Below, piece by piece: positions 11,913 through 24,989 of a stretch of 64,000 bases of DNA. Made by a program: the position numbers and the translations under genes. Under the pieces are notes generated by a model. The model was not told the DNA's origin. It saw nothing but the letters and a program-made list of their open reading frames with translations, and ran no database searches. Within the stretch, counting starts at the first letter, position 1, and every line of letters starts with the position of its first letter. This DNA is from Raja brachyura (Eukaryota): positions 36,828,001 through 36,892,000 of the forward strand of contig OY740805.1 of the NCBI GenBank assembly GCA_963514005.1, in the 5' to 3' direction.

Positions 11913-12645
11913 AAAATGTTTTTTAGTCATCCAGCAAGACTTGGGTGGCCTTGTACACCAGTCACTGAAAGTTGGCGGTGAAGAAGGCTAATGGAATGTT
12001 GGCCTTCATAACAAGAGGATTTCAGTATAGGAGCAGAGAGGTTCTTCTGCAGTTGTATAGGGCTCTGGTAAGACCGCATCTGGAGTATTGTGTACAGGTT
12101 TGGTCTCCTAGTTTGAGGAAGGGCATCCTCGTGATTGAGGCAGTGCAGCGAAGGTTCACGAGATTGATCCCTGTGAAGGCGGGACTGTCATATGAGGAAA
12201 GATACAAAAATACTAGGCTTGTATTCACTGGAGTTTAGAAGGATGAGGGGGGCACCTTATAGAAACATGTAAAATTATAAAAGGACCGGACAAGCTAGAT
12301 GCAGGAAAAATGCTCCCAATGTTGGGTGAGTCCAGAACCCGGGGCCACAGTCTTAGAATAAAGGGGAGGCCATTTAAGACTGAGGTGAGAAAAAACTTTT
12401 TCACCCAGAGATTTGTGAATTTGTGGAATTCCCTGCCACAGAGGGCAGTGGAGGCCAAGTCACTGGATGCATTTAAGAGAGAGTTAGATAGAGCTCTAGG
12501 GGCTAGTGTGGAATCAAGGGATATGGGGAGAAGGCAGGCATGGGTTATTGATTGGGGACGATCAGCCATGATCACATTGAATGGCGGTGCTGGCTCGAAG
12601 GGCCGAATGGCCTCCTCCTGCACCTATTTTCTATGTTTCTATGTT
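11913..12645 (+). mobile_element. CR1 LINE 3' fragment (copy B of a local duplicate)
   Basis: Same 5' junction and private variants as 9989-10770. Confidence 0.9.
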
Positions 12646-13346
12646 TTGGTGGAAGGAAAACGGAATGACTAAAGTGAAATATAATGCGTAGGAAAGGGCT
12701 GCAACTATTGGTTCAAATCCAAGATAGACACAAAATGCTGGAGTAACTCAGCGGGACAGGCGGCATCTCTGGAGAGAGGTTGGTACAAAATGCTTGAGTA
12801 ACTCAGCGGGACAGGCAGCATCTCTGGAGAGAAGGAATGGGTGATGTTTCAGGTCAAGTCTGAAGAAGGGTCTCGACCTGAAACGTCACCCATCCCTTCT
12901 CTCCAGAGATGCGCTGCCTGTCCCGCTGAGTTACTCCAGCATTTTTGTGTCTATCTTCAAAGTGATTGTTCAGAATCAAGCTAAAAGCATTTGGATGATC
13001 ATACACTTTTTTTTTACAATTTGCTAAACATCAAAGGAAACTAGTTCCAGAAAGCTAACAGGATCCACATTTTCTGTGAAAGATCACACACACACACATT
13101 CTCTCAATAACAATTCTCAGAGGAACAGTTGCAGTAAACGAGAGAGCCAGCAGGTGTCAGTGGTGCGCCGTTGTTCTCGTCTCCCCACACAATGCGTTAC
13201 ACATAAGGATTAGACTGGAGACGATGTGACGCAGAATCCTGATGCATCCCTGTGCATCCCACATCATTCGGAGCCAATTTTTGAAGAAAAAAAATTCACA
13301 GTGGAGTTAAGGCTGAGCGGCATCTTTCTTGGTTCCCGACTCGTCA

Positions 13347-13457
13347 TTAATACTTTTTATTGATTAGGATGCAGCAAAAGCTGAGAGCTGCGCCGAGTTT
13401 CGCCACTTCTGTGCACGAGGCGGGTATCAGCGAGTAATCCGGCAGCTTCTGAAAAGC
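13347..13457 (-). CDS. DDAH2: DDAH2-like, last coding exon (exon 6)
   Basis: ccag|GCT acceptor; translates AFQKLPDYSLIPASCTEVAKLGAALSFCCILINKKY* (111 nt) and aligns with the DDAH C-terminus. It is not in the ORF track. Confidence 0.9.
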   Translation of the reverse strand, partial: AFQKLPDYSLIPASCTEVAKLGAALSFCCILINKKY

Positions 13458-14886
13458 CTGGAGGTTTAAACAAAAAAAGAGTTAGATTCAGCTCTTAGGG
13501 CTAAAGGAATCAAGTGATATGGAGAAAAAGCAAGAACGGGGTACTGATTTTGGATGATCAGCCATGGTCATATTGAATGGCGGTGCTGTATCGAAGGGCC
13601 GAATGGCCTACTCCTGCACCTATTGTCTATTTTTCCAAAAGCATTGAGATGAGAGACTGCAGATGCTGGAATCCCAAACTGCCAACAAACTAGAGAGACA
13701 AGGAACATGCAGCTGCTGGTCTACGCCAAAAGGACACAATAGACAATAGACAATAGGTGCAGGAGTAGGCCATTCGGCCCCTCGAGCCAGCACCGCTATT
13801 CAATGTGATCATTGGATCATCCACAATCAGTACCCCGTTCCTGCCTTCTCCCCATATCCCCTGAATCCGCTATTTTTAAGGGCTCTATCTAGCTCTCTCT
13901 TGAAAGCATCCAGAGAACCGGTCTCCACCACCTTCTGAGGCAGAGAATTCCACAGACTCACAACTCTCTGTGAGAAAAAGTGTTTCCTCGTCTCCATTCT
14001 AAATGGCTTACTCCTTATTTGTAAACTGTGTGGCCGCTGGTTCTGAACTCCCCCAACATCGGGAACATGTTTCCTGCCTCTAGCATGTCCAAACCTGCCT
14101 CTAGGTTGTCCAAACCTCGTAGTCGTAATCATAGTCAGGTAGCATCTCTGTAGGACATGGATAGGTGACGGTTTGGGTCGGGACTCTTAAGTGTCAGAGC
14201 CAAACAGCATGGAAACAGGCCCTACGGCCAACTTGCCCAGTGCCAACCAACATGCCCCATCTACACTAGTCGGGTGTGGTGATCCATATCCCTCTAATCC
14301 TAAACCTTCAGATGAATGCTGGTGCGGGAGAGGTGGGGGGTGGGGGGGGGAGCTGGCAGAGAGGAGCGGCAGGACAAAGCCTAGCAAGTGATAGGTGGAT
14401 ACAGGTCAGGGGAGTTGATTGGCAGAAGTAGAGACAAAGAACTGCAGATGCTGGGTTACACCAAAGATAGACACAAAAATGTTCCCAATGTTGGGCGAGT
14501 CCAGAACCAGGGGCCACAGTCTTAGAGTAAAGGAGAGGCCATTTAAGACTGAGGTGAGAAAAAACTTTTTCACCCAGAGAGTTGTGAATTTGTGCAATTC
14601 CCTGCCATAGAGGGCAGTGGAGGCCAAATCACTGGATGGATTTAAGAGGGAGTTAGATAGAGCTCTGGAGGCTAGTGGAATCAAGGGATGTGGGAGAAGG
14701 CAGGCACGGGTTATTGATTGGGGATGATCAGCCATGATCGCAATGAATGGCGGTGCTGGCGCGAAGGGCCGAATGGCCTCATCCTGCACCTATTGTCTAT
14801 TGTCTCTCTCCCCCTCTCTCTCTCTCCATCTCTCTCTCCCCATCTCTCTCTTTCCCCCTTCTCCCCCAGTGAGAAAACCTGCCTCA

Positions 14887-15645
14887 TAGACAATAGACAA
14901 TAGACAATAGGTGCAGGAGTAGGCCATTCGGCCCCTCGAGCCAGCACCGCCATTCAATGTGATCATTGGATCATCCACAATCAGTACCCTGTTCCTGCCT
15001 TCTCCCCATGTCCCCTGACTCCGCTATTTTTAAGAGCCCGATCTAGCTCCCTCTTCAAAGCATCCAGAGAACATACCTCCACTGCCCTCTGAGGCAGAGA
15101 ATTCCACAGACTCACCACTCTCTGTGAGAAAAAGTGTTTCCTTGTGTCCATTCTAAATGGCTTACTCCTTATTCTTAAACTATGGACCCTGGTTCTGGAC
15201 TCCCCCATCATCGGGAACATGTTTCCTGCCTCTAGCATGTCCAAACGCTTAACAATCTTACATGTTTCAATGAGATATCCTCTCATCCTTCTAAACTCCA
15301 GCGTGTACAAGCCCAGCTGCTCCATTCTCTCAGTATGACAGTCCCACCATCCCGGGAATTAGCCTTATAAACCTACGCTGCACTCCCTCAATAGCAAGAA
15401 TGTCCTTCCTCAAATTAGGGAACCAAAACAGCACACAATACTCCAGGTGTGGTCTCACTAGTGCTCTGTACAACTGCAGAAGGGCCTCTTTGCTCCTATA
15501 TTCGATTCCTCTTGTTATAAAGGCCAGCATGCCATTCGCTTTCTTCACTGCCTGCTGTACCTGCATGTTTTCTTTCATAGACTGATGTACAAGGACACCC
15601 AGATCCCCTTGTACTTCCCCTTTTCCCAACTTGACGCCATTTAGA
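14887..15645 (-). mobile_element. CR1 LINE 3' fragment
   Basis: ORFs 15330-15668 and 14981-15325 give the CR1 RT C-terminus; there is a (CTATTGT)n tail at the low end. Confidence 0.9.
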
Positions 15646-16210
15646 TAGCATTGGTTTGACAATTGCACACTGCAAGCTCTGGCTAAAAGTCAGATACCAT
15701 TGCCTTCTCCCAGGTAGTCGATTCCAGATGGTAGGAATACTCGAAATATTTCTCATTTCCTTTCTGGCACTTACAGCTATTTTCAATAAAACAGTATCTC
15801 TGGCAGTTAACTATTGCCAGACCGAAAAAAGCCAGTCTGAAGAAGGGGCCCAGAATGAAAACATCACCCACCGTTTTTCTCCAGAGGTGCTGCCTGGCCC
15901 GCTGAGTTACTCCAGCCCTTTGTGTCTCCCCCCCCCCCCCCCCCCCCCCCCCCCACTGCCCCCCCCCCCCCCACCCCCGACGCTTGCCAGGCTGTGTTCT
16001 GTCCCCCACCTCTATTTCAGCTCTCACACCACTATTACAGTCAGTCTGAAGAAGGGTCCCAACCCGAAACATCACCCACCCTTTATCTCCAGGGATGCTG
16101 CCTGACCCGCTGAAGTCCAGCACATTTCTAGCTTAGTTTGTAGATACAGCACTAGAAACAAGCCCTTCGGCCCGCCGAGTCCGCGCCGACCAGCGATCCC
16201 CGCACACTAA

Positions 16211-16481
16211 TGCCCCTGTCCCACTTAGGAAACCTGAACGGAAACCTCTGGAGACTTTGCGCCCCACCCAAGGTTTCCGTGCGGTTCCCGGAGGTTTTTG
16301 TCAGGTTCCCGGAGGTTTTTTCAACTTTTTTGAAATAATCGCCGGAACATAGATGAAGCGGAAACCATTTTCGGACCATTAGGGTGACTGACAAAAACCT
16401 CCGGGAACCGCACGGAAAACCTGGGTGGGGCGCAAAGTCTCCAGAGGTTTCCGTTCAGGTTTCCTAAGTGGGACAGGGGCA
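16211..16481. mobile_element. Palindromic PIF/Harbinger-like MITE inside a SINE
   Basis: tgcccctgtcccacttaggaaacctgaacgg... mirrored at 16390-16481 (~100-bp arms). Confidence 0.8.
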
Positions 16482-16629
16482 TACATTCGGGACAATTTAC
16501 AATGTCACCAAGCCAACTTGTAAACCTGCAAACCTGTACGTCTTTGGAGCGTGGGAGGAAACCTGTGCACCCGGAGAAAACCCACATGGTCACAGGGATA
16601 ACATACAAACTCCGTATGAACAGCACCCA

Positions 16630-18140
16630 TACTCCAATTAGAAAGTCGGCCTACTATCACCTTAAGAATATATCGAGGGTTAAAGGACTTATGGTTCAGC
16701 AGGATTTGGAAAAACCTGTCCATGCGTTTATCTTCAGTAGACTTGACGACTGTAATGCTGTCTTCACAGGTCTCCCAAAAAAGAAATCGATTAGACAGCT
16801 GCAGCTGATTCAGAACGCTGTTGCTCGGTTCCTCTCTAAGACCAAGAAAGTGGATCACTCACTTCAATAGACAATAGACAATAAGTGCAGGAGTAGGCCA
16901 TTCGGCACTTCGAGCCAGCACCACCATTCAATGTGATCATGGCTGACCATCCCCAATCAGTACCCCGTTCCTGCCTTCTCTCCATATCCCCTTGACTCCG
17001 CTATCTTTAAGAACCCTATCTAGCTCTCTCTTGAAAGTATCCAGAGAACCGGCCTCCACCGCCCTCTGAGGCAGAGAATTCCACAGGCTCACCACTCTCT
17101 GTGTGAAAATGTGTTTCTTTGTCTCCGTTCTAAAAGGCTTACCCCTTATTCTTAAACTGTGTGGCCCCTGGTTCTGGACTCCCCCATCATCGAGAACATG
17201 TTTCCTGCCTCTAGCGTGTCCAATCCCTTAATAATCTTATATGTTTCAATGAGATCCCCTCTCATCCTTCTAAACTCCAGAGTGTACAAGCCCAGCCGCT
17301 CCATTCTCTCAGCATATGACAGTCCCGCCATCCCGGGAATTAACCTGGTGAACCTACGCTGCACTTCCTCAATAGCAAGTTTTGTTTTGAGTTTTGAGGT
17401 CTTTACTCTGGCTTCCAGTCTGTTAAAGAATTGATTTCAAAATATTAATGTTGGTTTATAAAGCACTGAATGGTCCGGGGGCCAAAATGCATTTCTGATC
17501 TCCTGCGACATGATGAACCATCCAGACCTCTGAGGTCAGCTGGGAATTGTCTGCTTTCTGTCCCCAGAGTCAGAACTAAACGTGGAGAAGCAGCGTTTAG
17601 TATTTATGCTCCACATATGTGAAACAAACTTTCAGAAAAACGCAGGCTTGTAAACCGACACTGCACTCCCTCAATAGCAAGAATGTCCTTCCTCAAATTG
17701 GGGGACCCAAAACTGCACACAATACTCCAGGTGTGGTCTCACTAGGGCTCTACAACTGCAGAAGGACCTCTTTGCTCCTGTACTCAACTCCTCTTGTTGT
17801 AAAGGCCAACATGCCATTTGCTTTCCTCACTGCCTGCTATACCTGCATGCTTATGTTTTTTCAGCATGTTGAAAAATGTCCACGAGTAAATGAAAATAGA
17901 CCCGAGTACCTGCCGCTGGCATCTCCGAGTTTGAATCAAGGGGCAAACTCGGGAGAATTTGTGACTAACTCGGAAAAAGTGGGACAGGGCCTTAATTCTA
18001 TTTTAGCTTGTTTCTATTTTGTATTATTTTTAAAGACAGTTTTTAATTGCTTTTAATAGCTTTTTAATGTTTTGTGTAAAGCACTTTGAATTGCCTTGAT
18101 GCCGAAACGTGGTATATAAATAAACTTGCTTGCTTGCTTT
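16630..18140 (+). mobile_element. L2 LINE 3' fragment split by CR1 and MITE insertions
   Basis: SAYYHLKNISRVK..HAFIFSRLDDCNA..LQLIQNAVAR (16630-16860) continues at ~17400-17640 and ends at aataaa(cttg)n ~18140. A minus-strand CR1 sits at 16865-17378. Confidence 0.8.
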
Positions 18141-18439
18141 TATCCTCCACTCTGAGGATCTACAGGTTTGGTTTCAATGTTATTATTGGAAGCACTTGTG
18201 CAAAAAACTAGACAATTTTACAGCTCAGTGAACAGCTTCAATTTTAAACACTTTCCAAAAAGGACATTAAATTAAAAAGCGAGAGAAAGGAGAGAGAGAA
18301 GAAAAAAAAGAAAAGAGGGGTGATATACCCGTCGACCCAACCAAACGCCCGCTCTCCCAGAACCTTTCAGTAATTTCGAATTTGTGTTCAAATATTGTGT
18401 TGTTCAAGAAAATCAATAAAAGGTGAGCATATTTTTAAA

Positions 18440-19030
18440 AGTAGACAAAAATGCTGGAGAAACTCAGAGGGTGAGGCAGCATCTATGGAGTGAAGGAAAT
18501 AGGCAACGTTTCGGGCCAAAACCCTTCTTCAGACTGATGTGGGGGGGGGGGGGGGGGAAGAAAGGAAGAGGCGGAGAGTGGGCTGAGGGAGAGCTGGGAA
18601 GGGGGGGAGAAAGTAAGGACTATCTGAAAGGACTACCTGCAGACTGCCCAAGCAAAATATGAGGTGTTGTCCCTCCAATTTGCGGTGGGACTCACTCCAG
18701 CCATGGAGGAGGCCCAGGACAGAAAGATCGGATTGGGAATGGGAGGGGGAGTTGAAGTGCTGAGCCACAGGGAGATCAGGTTGGTTATTGCGAACCGAGC
18801 GGAGGTGTTGGGCCAAGCCTACGTTTGGTCTCGCCGATGTAGAACAGCTGACATCTAGAGCAGTGGATGCAATAGATGAGGTTGGAGGAGGTGCAGGTGA
18901 ACCTCTGCGGCATCTGGAAAGACTGCTTGAATGGAGTCAAGAGGGGAGGTAAAACGACAAGTGTAGCATTTCTTGCGGTTGCGATGTAAAGTGGGGGTGG
19001 TTCGGGTGGGAAGGGACGAATTGACCAGGG
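18440..19030 (-). mobile_element. Penelope-like element fragment
   Basis: HLRSVRNNQPDLPVAQHFNSPSHS and RKKCYTC motifs, with a pLTR at 18440-18540. Confidence 0.8.
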
Positions 19031-19351
19031 AGGTAAAAGGTGACCACATTTTTAAAAATTGCTTCAATTTATCATTCAAGATAAACCTAATTCTGTCTAG
19101 TTGTCATTTCTGTAATCCACATTGTCACTGAAGGGACTTCAGCATTTTTCCAGAATTTAAGTATGTGTTTTTTTGCTGATAGACGACAAAGCGTCGCTGA
19201 AAAACAGTCAATTTACTCCATGAAGTCTGAAGAAGGGTTTGGGCCCGAAACGTTGGCTATTTCCTCTGCTCCATAGATGCTGCCTCACCCGCTGAGTTTC
19301 TCCGGCATTTATGTCTACCTTTGATTTTCCAGCATCTGGAGTTCCTTTTCT

Positions 19352-20116
19352 GGAAGTGGCGGCGTTGCCCAAGCCGCTGCGGCTCGCCTGGAGTCCGTCT
19401 TTCTTTTCCTTTTTTTTTTGTTTTCTTTTGCCTCGTTAGACGTATGTTTTAGTTTATTATTAGTTGTGTATGTGTGGGGGGTGGGGGAAACTTGTTTTAG
19501 TCACTTCCTCGGGGGATGCGACCTTTTCTTTGTCGTGTCCTCGTCTCTGTCTGCCTAATCGCGGAGCTGGCGGCCTCCAACTGGGACCGACCTCGAGGCT
19601 CCCGAGGCAGAGCCAGGACTCGCCATCGCGAAGCTGGCCGACTTCGGGGCTGTGGTGGCGCTGCGGCGGGGGCGGCCCAACTTAGGGGCCTCGGAGGCTT
19701 CGGCAGCGGGCCCAGTGGCCAACAACGTCGGGAGCTCGCAGGTCCCAGGTTGGTGACCGGTTCTCCGGAGCTCCCGCAACAACAGCTTCGTCCGCTGGAC
19801 TGGAGGGTGGCAGCTTTGTCCGCCCCAGGCCGCGGAGTTTGAACCGGGATTTACCGTCACCCGGCGGGGGCCCAACATCGAAAGCCTGGATCGCCTCAAT
19901 GCAGAGGGAGAATGAGAAAGGAAGAGACAAGGACTTTAAGACTTTTGCTTTCCATCACAGTGAGGAGGTGCCTGGTAGACTCACTGTGATGGATGTCAAA
20001 CTGTGTTCATTGTATGTTCTGTTATTTTATTCTCTGTCATGACTGTAAGGTACGCACTGTTGTTCAAACTGGAGACAGTTTGAATGACAATAAAGGATAC
20101 TTTATACTTTATACTT
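19352..20116 (+). mobile_element. Non-autonomous GC-rich retroelement with a Rex1/Babar-like tail (copy 1)
   Basis: Homologous over its length to 45520-46320; ends atgacaataaagga(tacttta)n; no credible ORF. Confidence 0.6.
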
Positions 20117-20539
20117 AAAAAAACAATTTCCTACATGCCTCTGATATTCCTAGTATTATCAGTTTTGAGTCTGGCTCTAATGGGACTTTCAGTACATTGG
20201 AGAGGACGTTGAATACTTCAGTCCAAAAATGTTCTATTTTTGTGCAAAGTACAAAACTGTGGGTTAAAGTGGCTTCTCGGAACTGACACTTGTCGCAGAG
20301 AGGGGAAACACTGGGGGAATTTTAAATAAACTTGCTTGCTTGCATTCATCCCCACACTCTGAACATGTACAGGTTTGCAGGCTAATTGGCTCAAGTTATT
20401 TTGTAGATTGTCCCCGGTGGGTGTAGGATAGTGCTGGTGAACGGGGATAGCTGGACGGCGCGGACTCGGTGGGATGAAAGGCCTGTTTCCGCGCTGTATC
20501 TCTAAACTAAACTTGGTTCAGACAGGAAGAATTATCCCA

Positions 20540-21190
20540 AAGCTAATGGAATGTTGGCCGTCACAACAAGAAGATTTCAGTACAGGAGTAGAGAGGTTCT
20601 TCTGCAGTTGTATAGGGCTCTGGTAAGACCACATCTGGAGTATTGTGTACAGTTTTGGTCTCCTAATTTGAGGAAGGACATCCTTGTGATTGAGGCAGTG
20701 CAGCGTAGGTTCACGAGATTGTTCCCTGGGATGGCGGGACTGTCATATGAGGAAAGATGGAAAAGACTAGGCTTGTATTCACTGGAGTTTAGAAGGATGA
20801 GGGGGGGGGGTCTTATAGAAACATATAAAATTATAAAAGAACAGGACAAGCTAAATGCAGTAAAAATGTTCCCAATGTTGGGCAAGTCCAGAACCAGGGG
20901 CCACACAGTCTCAGAATAAAGGGGAGGCCATTTAAGACTGAGGTGAGAAAAAACATTTTCATCCAGTGAATTGTGAATTTGTGGAATTCGCTGCCACAGA
21001 GAGCAGTGGAGGCCAAATCATTGGGTGGATTTAAGTGAGTTAGATAGAGCTCTAGGGGCTAGTGGAGTCAAGGGATATGGGGAGAAGGCAGGCTCTGGTT
21101 ATTGATAGGGGACAATCAGCCATGATCACAATGAATGGTGGTGTTGGCTCGAAGGGCCGAATGGCCTCCTTCTGCACCTATTTTCTATGA
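20540..21190 (+). mobile_element. CR1 LINE 3' fragment
   Basis: CR1 RT C-terminal ORF 20551-20919 and 3' UTR. Confidence 0.9.
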
Positions 21191-22319
21191 CAAGCACGTG
21201 GCAGATATGGTCCAGGTCCAATGCAGAGAGGATTACAGCTGGATGTTAGCTTGAGCTCACTGCAAGCCCTTCACTTCCCCATCAGAACAAAACAAACAGC
21301 TGGTTTATGTTTCTGCAGACTTGGGAAGTGCAGTCCCCTTTTAGAGCCAAGCCTCCATGCTCCAGCCCTGATTACACTGCAATCTCCTCACGAAGTTCAG
21401 TTCAGTTTATTGTCGCGTACGGTGAAAAGCTTTTGTTCCGTGCCAACCAGTCAGCAGAACGACAACAGATGATTACAATCGAGCCATTCGCAGTGTACAG
21501 ATACATGATATTGGAATACCTTTTTAGTGCAAGGCTGCCAACATCATCAAGGATCCACACCATCCTGGCCACACACTCATCTCTCCGCTGCCTTCAGGTA
21601 GAAGGTACAGGAGCCTGAAATCTGCAACATCCAGGTTCAGGAACAGCTGCTTTCCCACAGCCATCAGGCTATTAAACATGACATCAAACAAACTCTGAAC
21701 TATAGCAGCCTATTGCACTTTATCTGTTTATTTATGTGTATTATATATGGTCTTTGCTATATAGACACACTGAACCGTTCTGTATTTATGCCTACAATAT
21801 TCTGTTGTGCTGCAGCAAGCAAGAATTTCATTGTCCTCTCTGGGACACAGGACAATAAACTCTCTTGACTTGACTTGACACATATTTGACACATACACAT
21901 ACAAGATGTGCAGTCAAATAAAAGTGACAATGCCCGCAGATTGTGCAACAACAACAGAACAGAACAGAACAGAACAGAACAGATCAAGTCCGATCAAGGA
22001 TAGCCCGAGGGTCACCAATGAGGTAGATAGTAGTTCAGCACTGCTCTCTAGTTGGTGAGAGGATGATTCAGTTGCCTGAGAACAGGTGGGAAGAAACTGT
22101 CGCTGAATCTGGAGGTGTGCGTTCGTTTTCACACTTCTGTACCTCGTGCCCGATGGGAGAGGGGAGAAGAGGGAGTGACCGGGGGTGAGACTGGTCCTTG
22201 ATTATGCTGCTGCCCTTGCCGAGGCAGCGTGAGGTGCAGATGGAGTCAACGGAAGGGAGGTTGGTTTGTGTGATGGTCTTGGCTGGGTCCACAATTCTGT
22301 GGCAAAGAATTCCACCAGT

Positions 22320-22650
22320 TTCAGTTATAGTTTTTAGTTTAGTTGAGGGATACAGCGCGGAAACAGGCCCTTCGGCCCACCAGGTCCACACTGACCTGCG
22401 ATCCCCGAACATCAACACTATCCTACACCCACTAGGGACAATTTACATTTTGCACAAGCCAATTAACTTACGAACCTGCACGTCTTTGGAGTGTGGGAGG
22501 AAACCGAAGATCTCAGAGAAAACCCACCAGGTCACGGGGAGAACGTACAAACTCTGTATGGACAGCACCCGTAGTCGGGATCGAACCCGGGTCTCCGGCG
22601 CTGCAAGCGCTTTACGGCAGCGACTCTACCGCTGGGCCACCGTGACCACG
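22320..22650 (-). mobile_element. tRNA-derived V-SINE (HE1-like)
   Basis: Minus strand shows an A-box-like gtggcccagcggtagag, a B-box ggttcgatccc, a conserved core and a (ctaaa)n tail. Confidence 0.8.
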
Positions 22651-23236
22651 CGTAGATCCACATAAAGAAAGCCCGCATTATAACAGAAACAAACAAAAGC
22701 AAAAACAGGTAGGCAGATTACTGTCTAAATGGTGTCAAGTTGGGAAAAGGGAAGTATAACGGGATCTGGGGGTCACATGTTCCCGATGTTGGGGGAGTCC
22801 AGAACCAGGGGCCACAGGTTAAGAATAAGGGGTGAGCCATTTAGAACGGAGACGAGGAAACACTTTTTCTCACAGAGAGTGGTGAGTCTGTGGAATTCTC
22901 TGCCTCAGAGGGCGGTGGAGGCCGTTTCTCTGGATGCTTTCACGAGAGAGCTAGATAGGGCTCTTAAAAATAGCGGAGTCAGGGGATATGGGGAGAAGGC
23001 AGGAAAGGGGTACTGATTGGGGATGATCAGCCATGATCATATTGAATGGCGGTGCTGGCTCGAAGGACCGAATGGCCTACTCCTGCACCTATTGTCTATT
23101 GTCTATTATGAACTTATTCTGCCAATCCCAAGGCGCTCCAGGGTGTAACTAGTAGCCTGCGTTCTTTAACGAAAGTGTCCGCTATTAACCGAAATCCATT
23201 ATCGAGATCGTAACGATGAGGGATTATTCTACTTAC

Positions 23237-23380
23237 CACAGAACTTTCCGGAAACTCCTCGGCCGACCGGTGTACGAGTGTGTCGGCCTTGTTCCCGACC
23301 TTCACATAGATGCAGTTAGCGGCGGCGTCATCAGGCACGCTGAGCTTCTCGTAGTCAAAGTCCGTCAGCTGCTCCATGGC
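23237..23380 (-). CDS. DDAH2: DDAH2-like exon 5
   Basis: cag|GCC ... GTG|gtaagt, 144 nt: AMEQLTDFDYEKLSVPDDAAANCIYVKVGNKADTLVHRSAEEFPESSV. Confidence 0.93.
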
Positions 23381-23829
23381 CTGCAGGAGAGAGGCAACCC
23401 CTCCCGGGAATTAGTTCAGAGACACAGCACGGAAACAGGCCCTTCGGCCCACCCAGACAGTATTCCTCTCACGATTTTGCACACCTCTACAAGGCAATAG
23501 AAAATAGGTGCAGGAGTAGGCCATTCGGCCCTTCCAGCCAGCACCGCCATTCAATGTGATCATAGCTGATCATCCCCAATCAGTAGCCCGTTCCTGCCTT
23601 CTCCCCATATCCCCTGTCTCCGCTATTGTACAAGAACTACCTTTTCTAGAGCCACTTTCTTAAGTACCCTGGGATGCAGACCATCAGGCCCAGGGGATTT
23701 ATCAGTCCCATCAGTCTACCCAACACTATTTCCTGCCTAATGTGGATATTCCTTCAGTTCCTCCGTCACCCCAGATCCTCTGGCCACTAGTACATCAGGA
23801 AGATTGTTTGTGACCTCCTTAGTGAAGAG

Positions 23830-24430
23830 CTCCTTCTGCAATTGTATTGGGCCTTAGTGAGACCGCACCTAGAGTATTGTGAGCAGTTTTCGTCCCCGAA
23901 TTAGAGGAAGGACATTCTTGCTATTGAGGGAGTGCAGCGTAGGTTTACAAGGTTAATTCCCGGGATGGCGGGACTGTCATATGCTGAGAGAATGGAGCAG
24001 CTGGGCTTGTACACTCTGGAGTTTAGAAGGATGAGAGGATATCTCATTGAAACATGTAAGATTGTTAAGGGTTTGGACAGGCTAGAGGCAGGAAACATGT
24101 TCCCGATGTTGGGGGAGTCCAGAACCAGGGGCCACACAGTTTAGGAATAAGGAGTAAGCCATTTAGAACGGAGGCGAGGAAACACTTTTTCTCACAGAGA
24201 GTGGTGAGTCTGCGGAATTCTCTGCCTCAGAGGGCGGTGGAGGTCGGTTCTCTGAATGCTTTCAAGAGAGAGCTAGATAGGGCTCTTAAAGATAGCGGAG
24301 TCAGGGGATATGGGGAGAAGGCAGGAACGGGGTAGTGATTGGGGATGATCACATTGAATGGCGGTGCTGGCTCGAAGGGCCGAATGGCCTACTCCTGCAC
24401 CCATTGTCTATTGTCTGTTGTCTACTGTTA
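23830..24430 (+). mobile_element. CR1 LINE 3' fragment
   Basis: CR1 RT C-terminus and (CTATTGT)n tail. Confidence 0.88.
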
Positions 24431-24673
24431 TGAATTATATTCGCATATTCTGTTGTGCTGCAGCAAGTAAGACTTTAATTGTCGCGTCCGGGACATATGA
24501 CAATAAAACATTCTTGGCTCTTGAATTTTGACATCTCTTGTTTCCCTTTCCCCTGGCTCTCACTGAAGTAGGGTCTTGGCCCGAAACATCACCCATTCTT
24601 TTTCTCCAGAGATGCTGCCTGTCCCGCTGAGTTACTCCAGCTATTTGTGTCTACCCAAGTCAAGCTGCCTTAC

Positions 24674-24793
24674 CTTGATGGTCTTCTGAGCGACATCACT
24701 GCTGCCCACGACAATGGTGCTGGGACCGCCCATGCTGCAGAAGCTCTTCAAGTGATGAGGTTCTGGGACGTGTACCACAGAGACTGTGAAGTC
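24674..24793 (-). CDS. DDAH2: DDAH2-like exon 4
   Basis: tag|GAC ... AAG|gtaagg, 120 nt: DFTVSVVHVPEPHHLKSFCSMGGPSTIVVGSSDVAQKTIK, containing the catalytic-His motif HLKSFCSM. Confidence 0.93.
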
Positions 24794-24989
24794 CTAGAGA
24801 TAACAAACAGATATGATCAGTCTTGGATCAGATCAGTTTCAGACATTTCAGAGCTAAATGCAGTCAAGTTGGGAAAAGAAGAAGTACAACGGGGTCTGGG
24901 GGTCCTTGTTCATCGGTCAATGAAAGTAAGCATGCAGGTACAGCAGGCAGTGAAGAAAGCGAATGGCATGTTGGCCTTCATAGCAAGAG

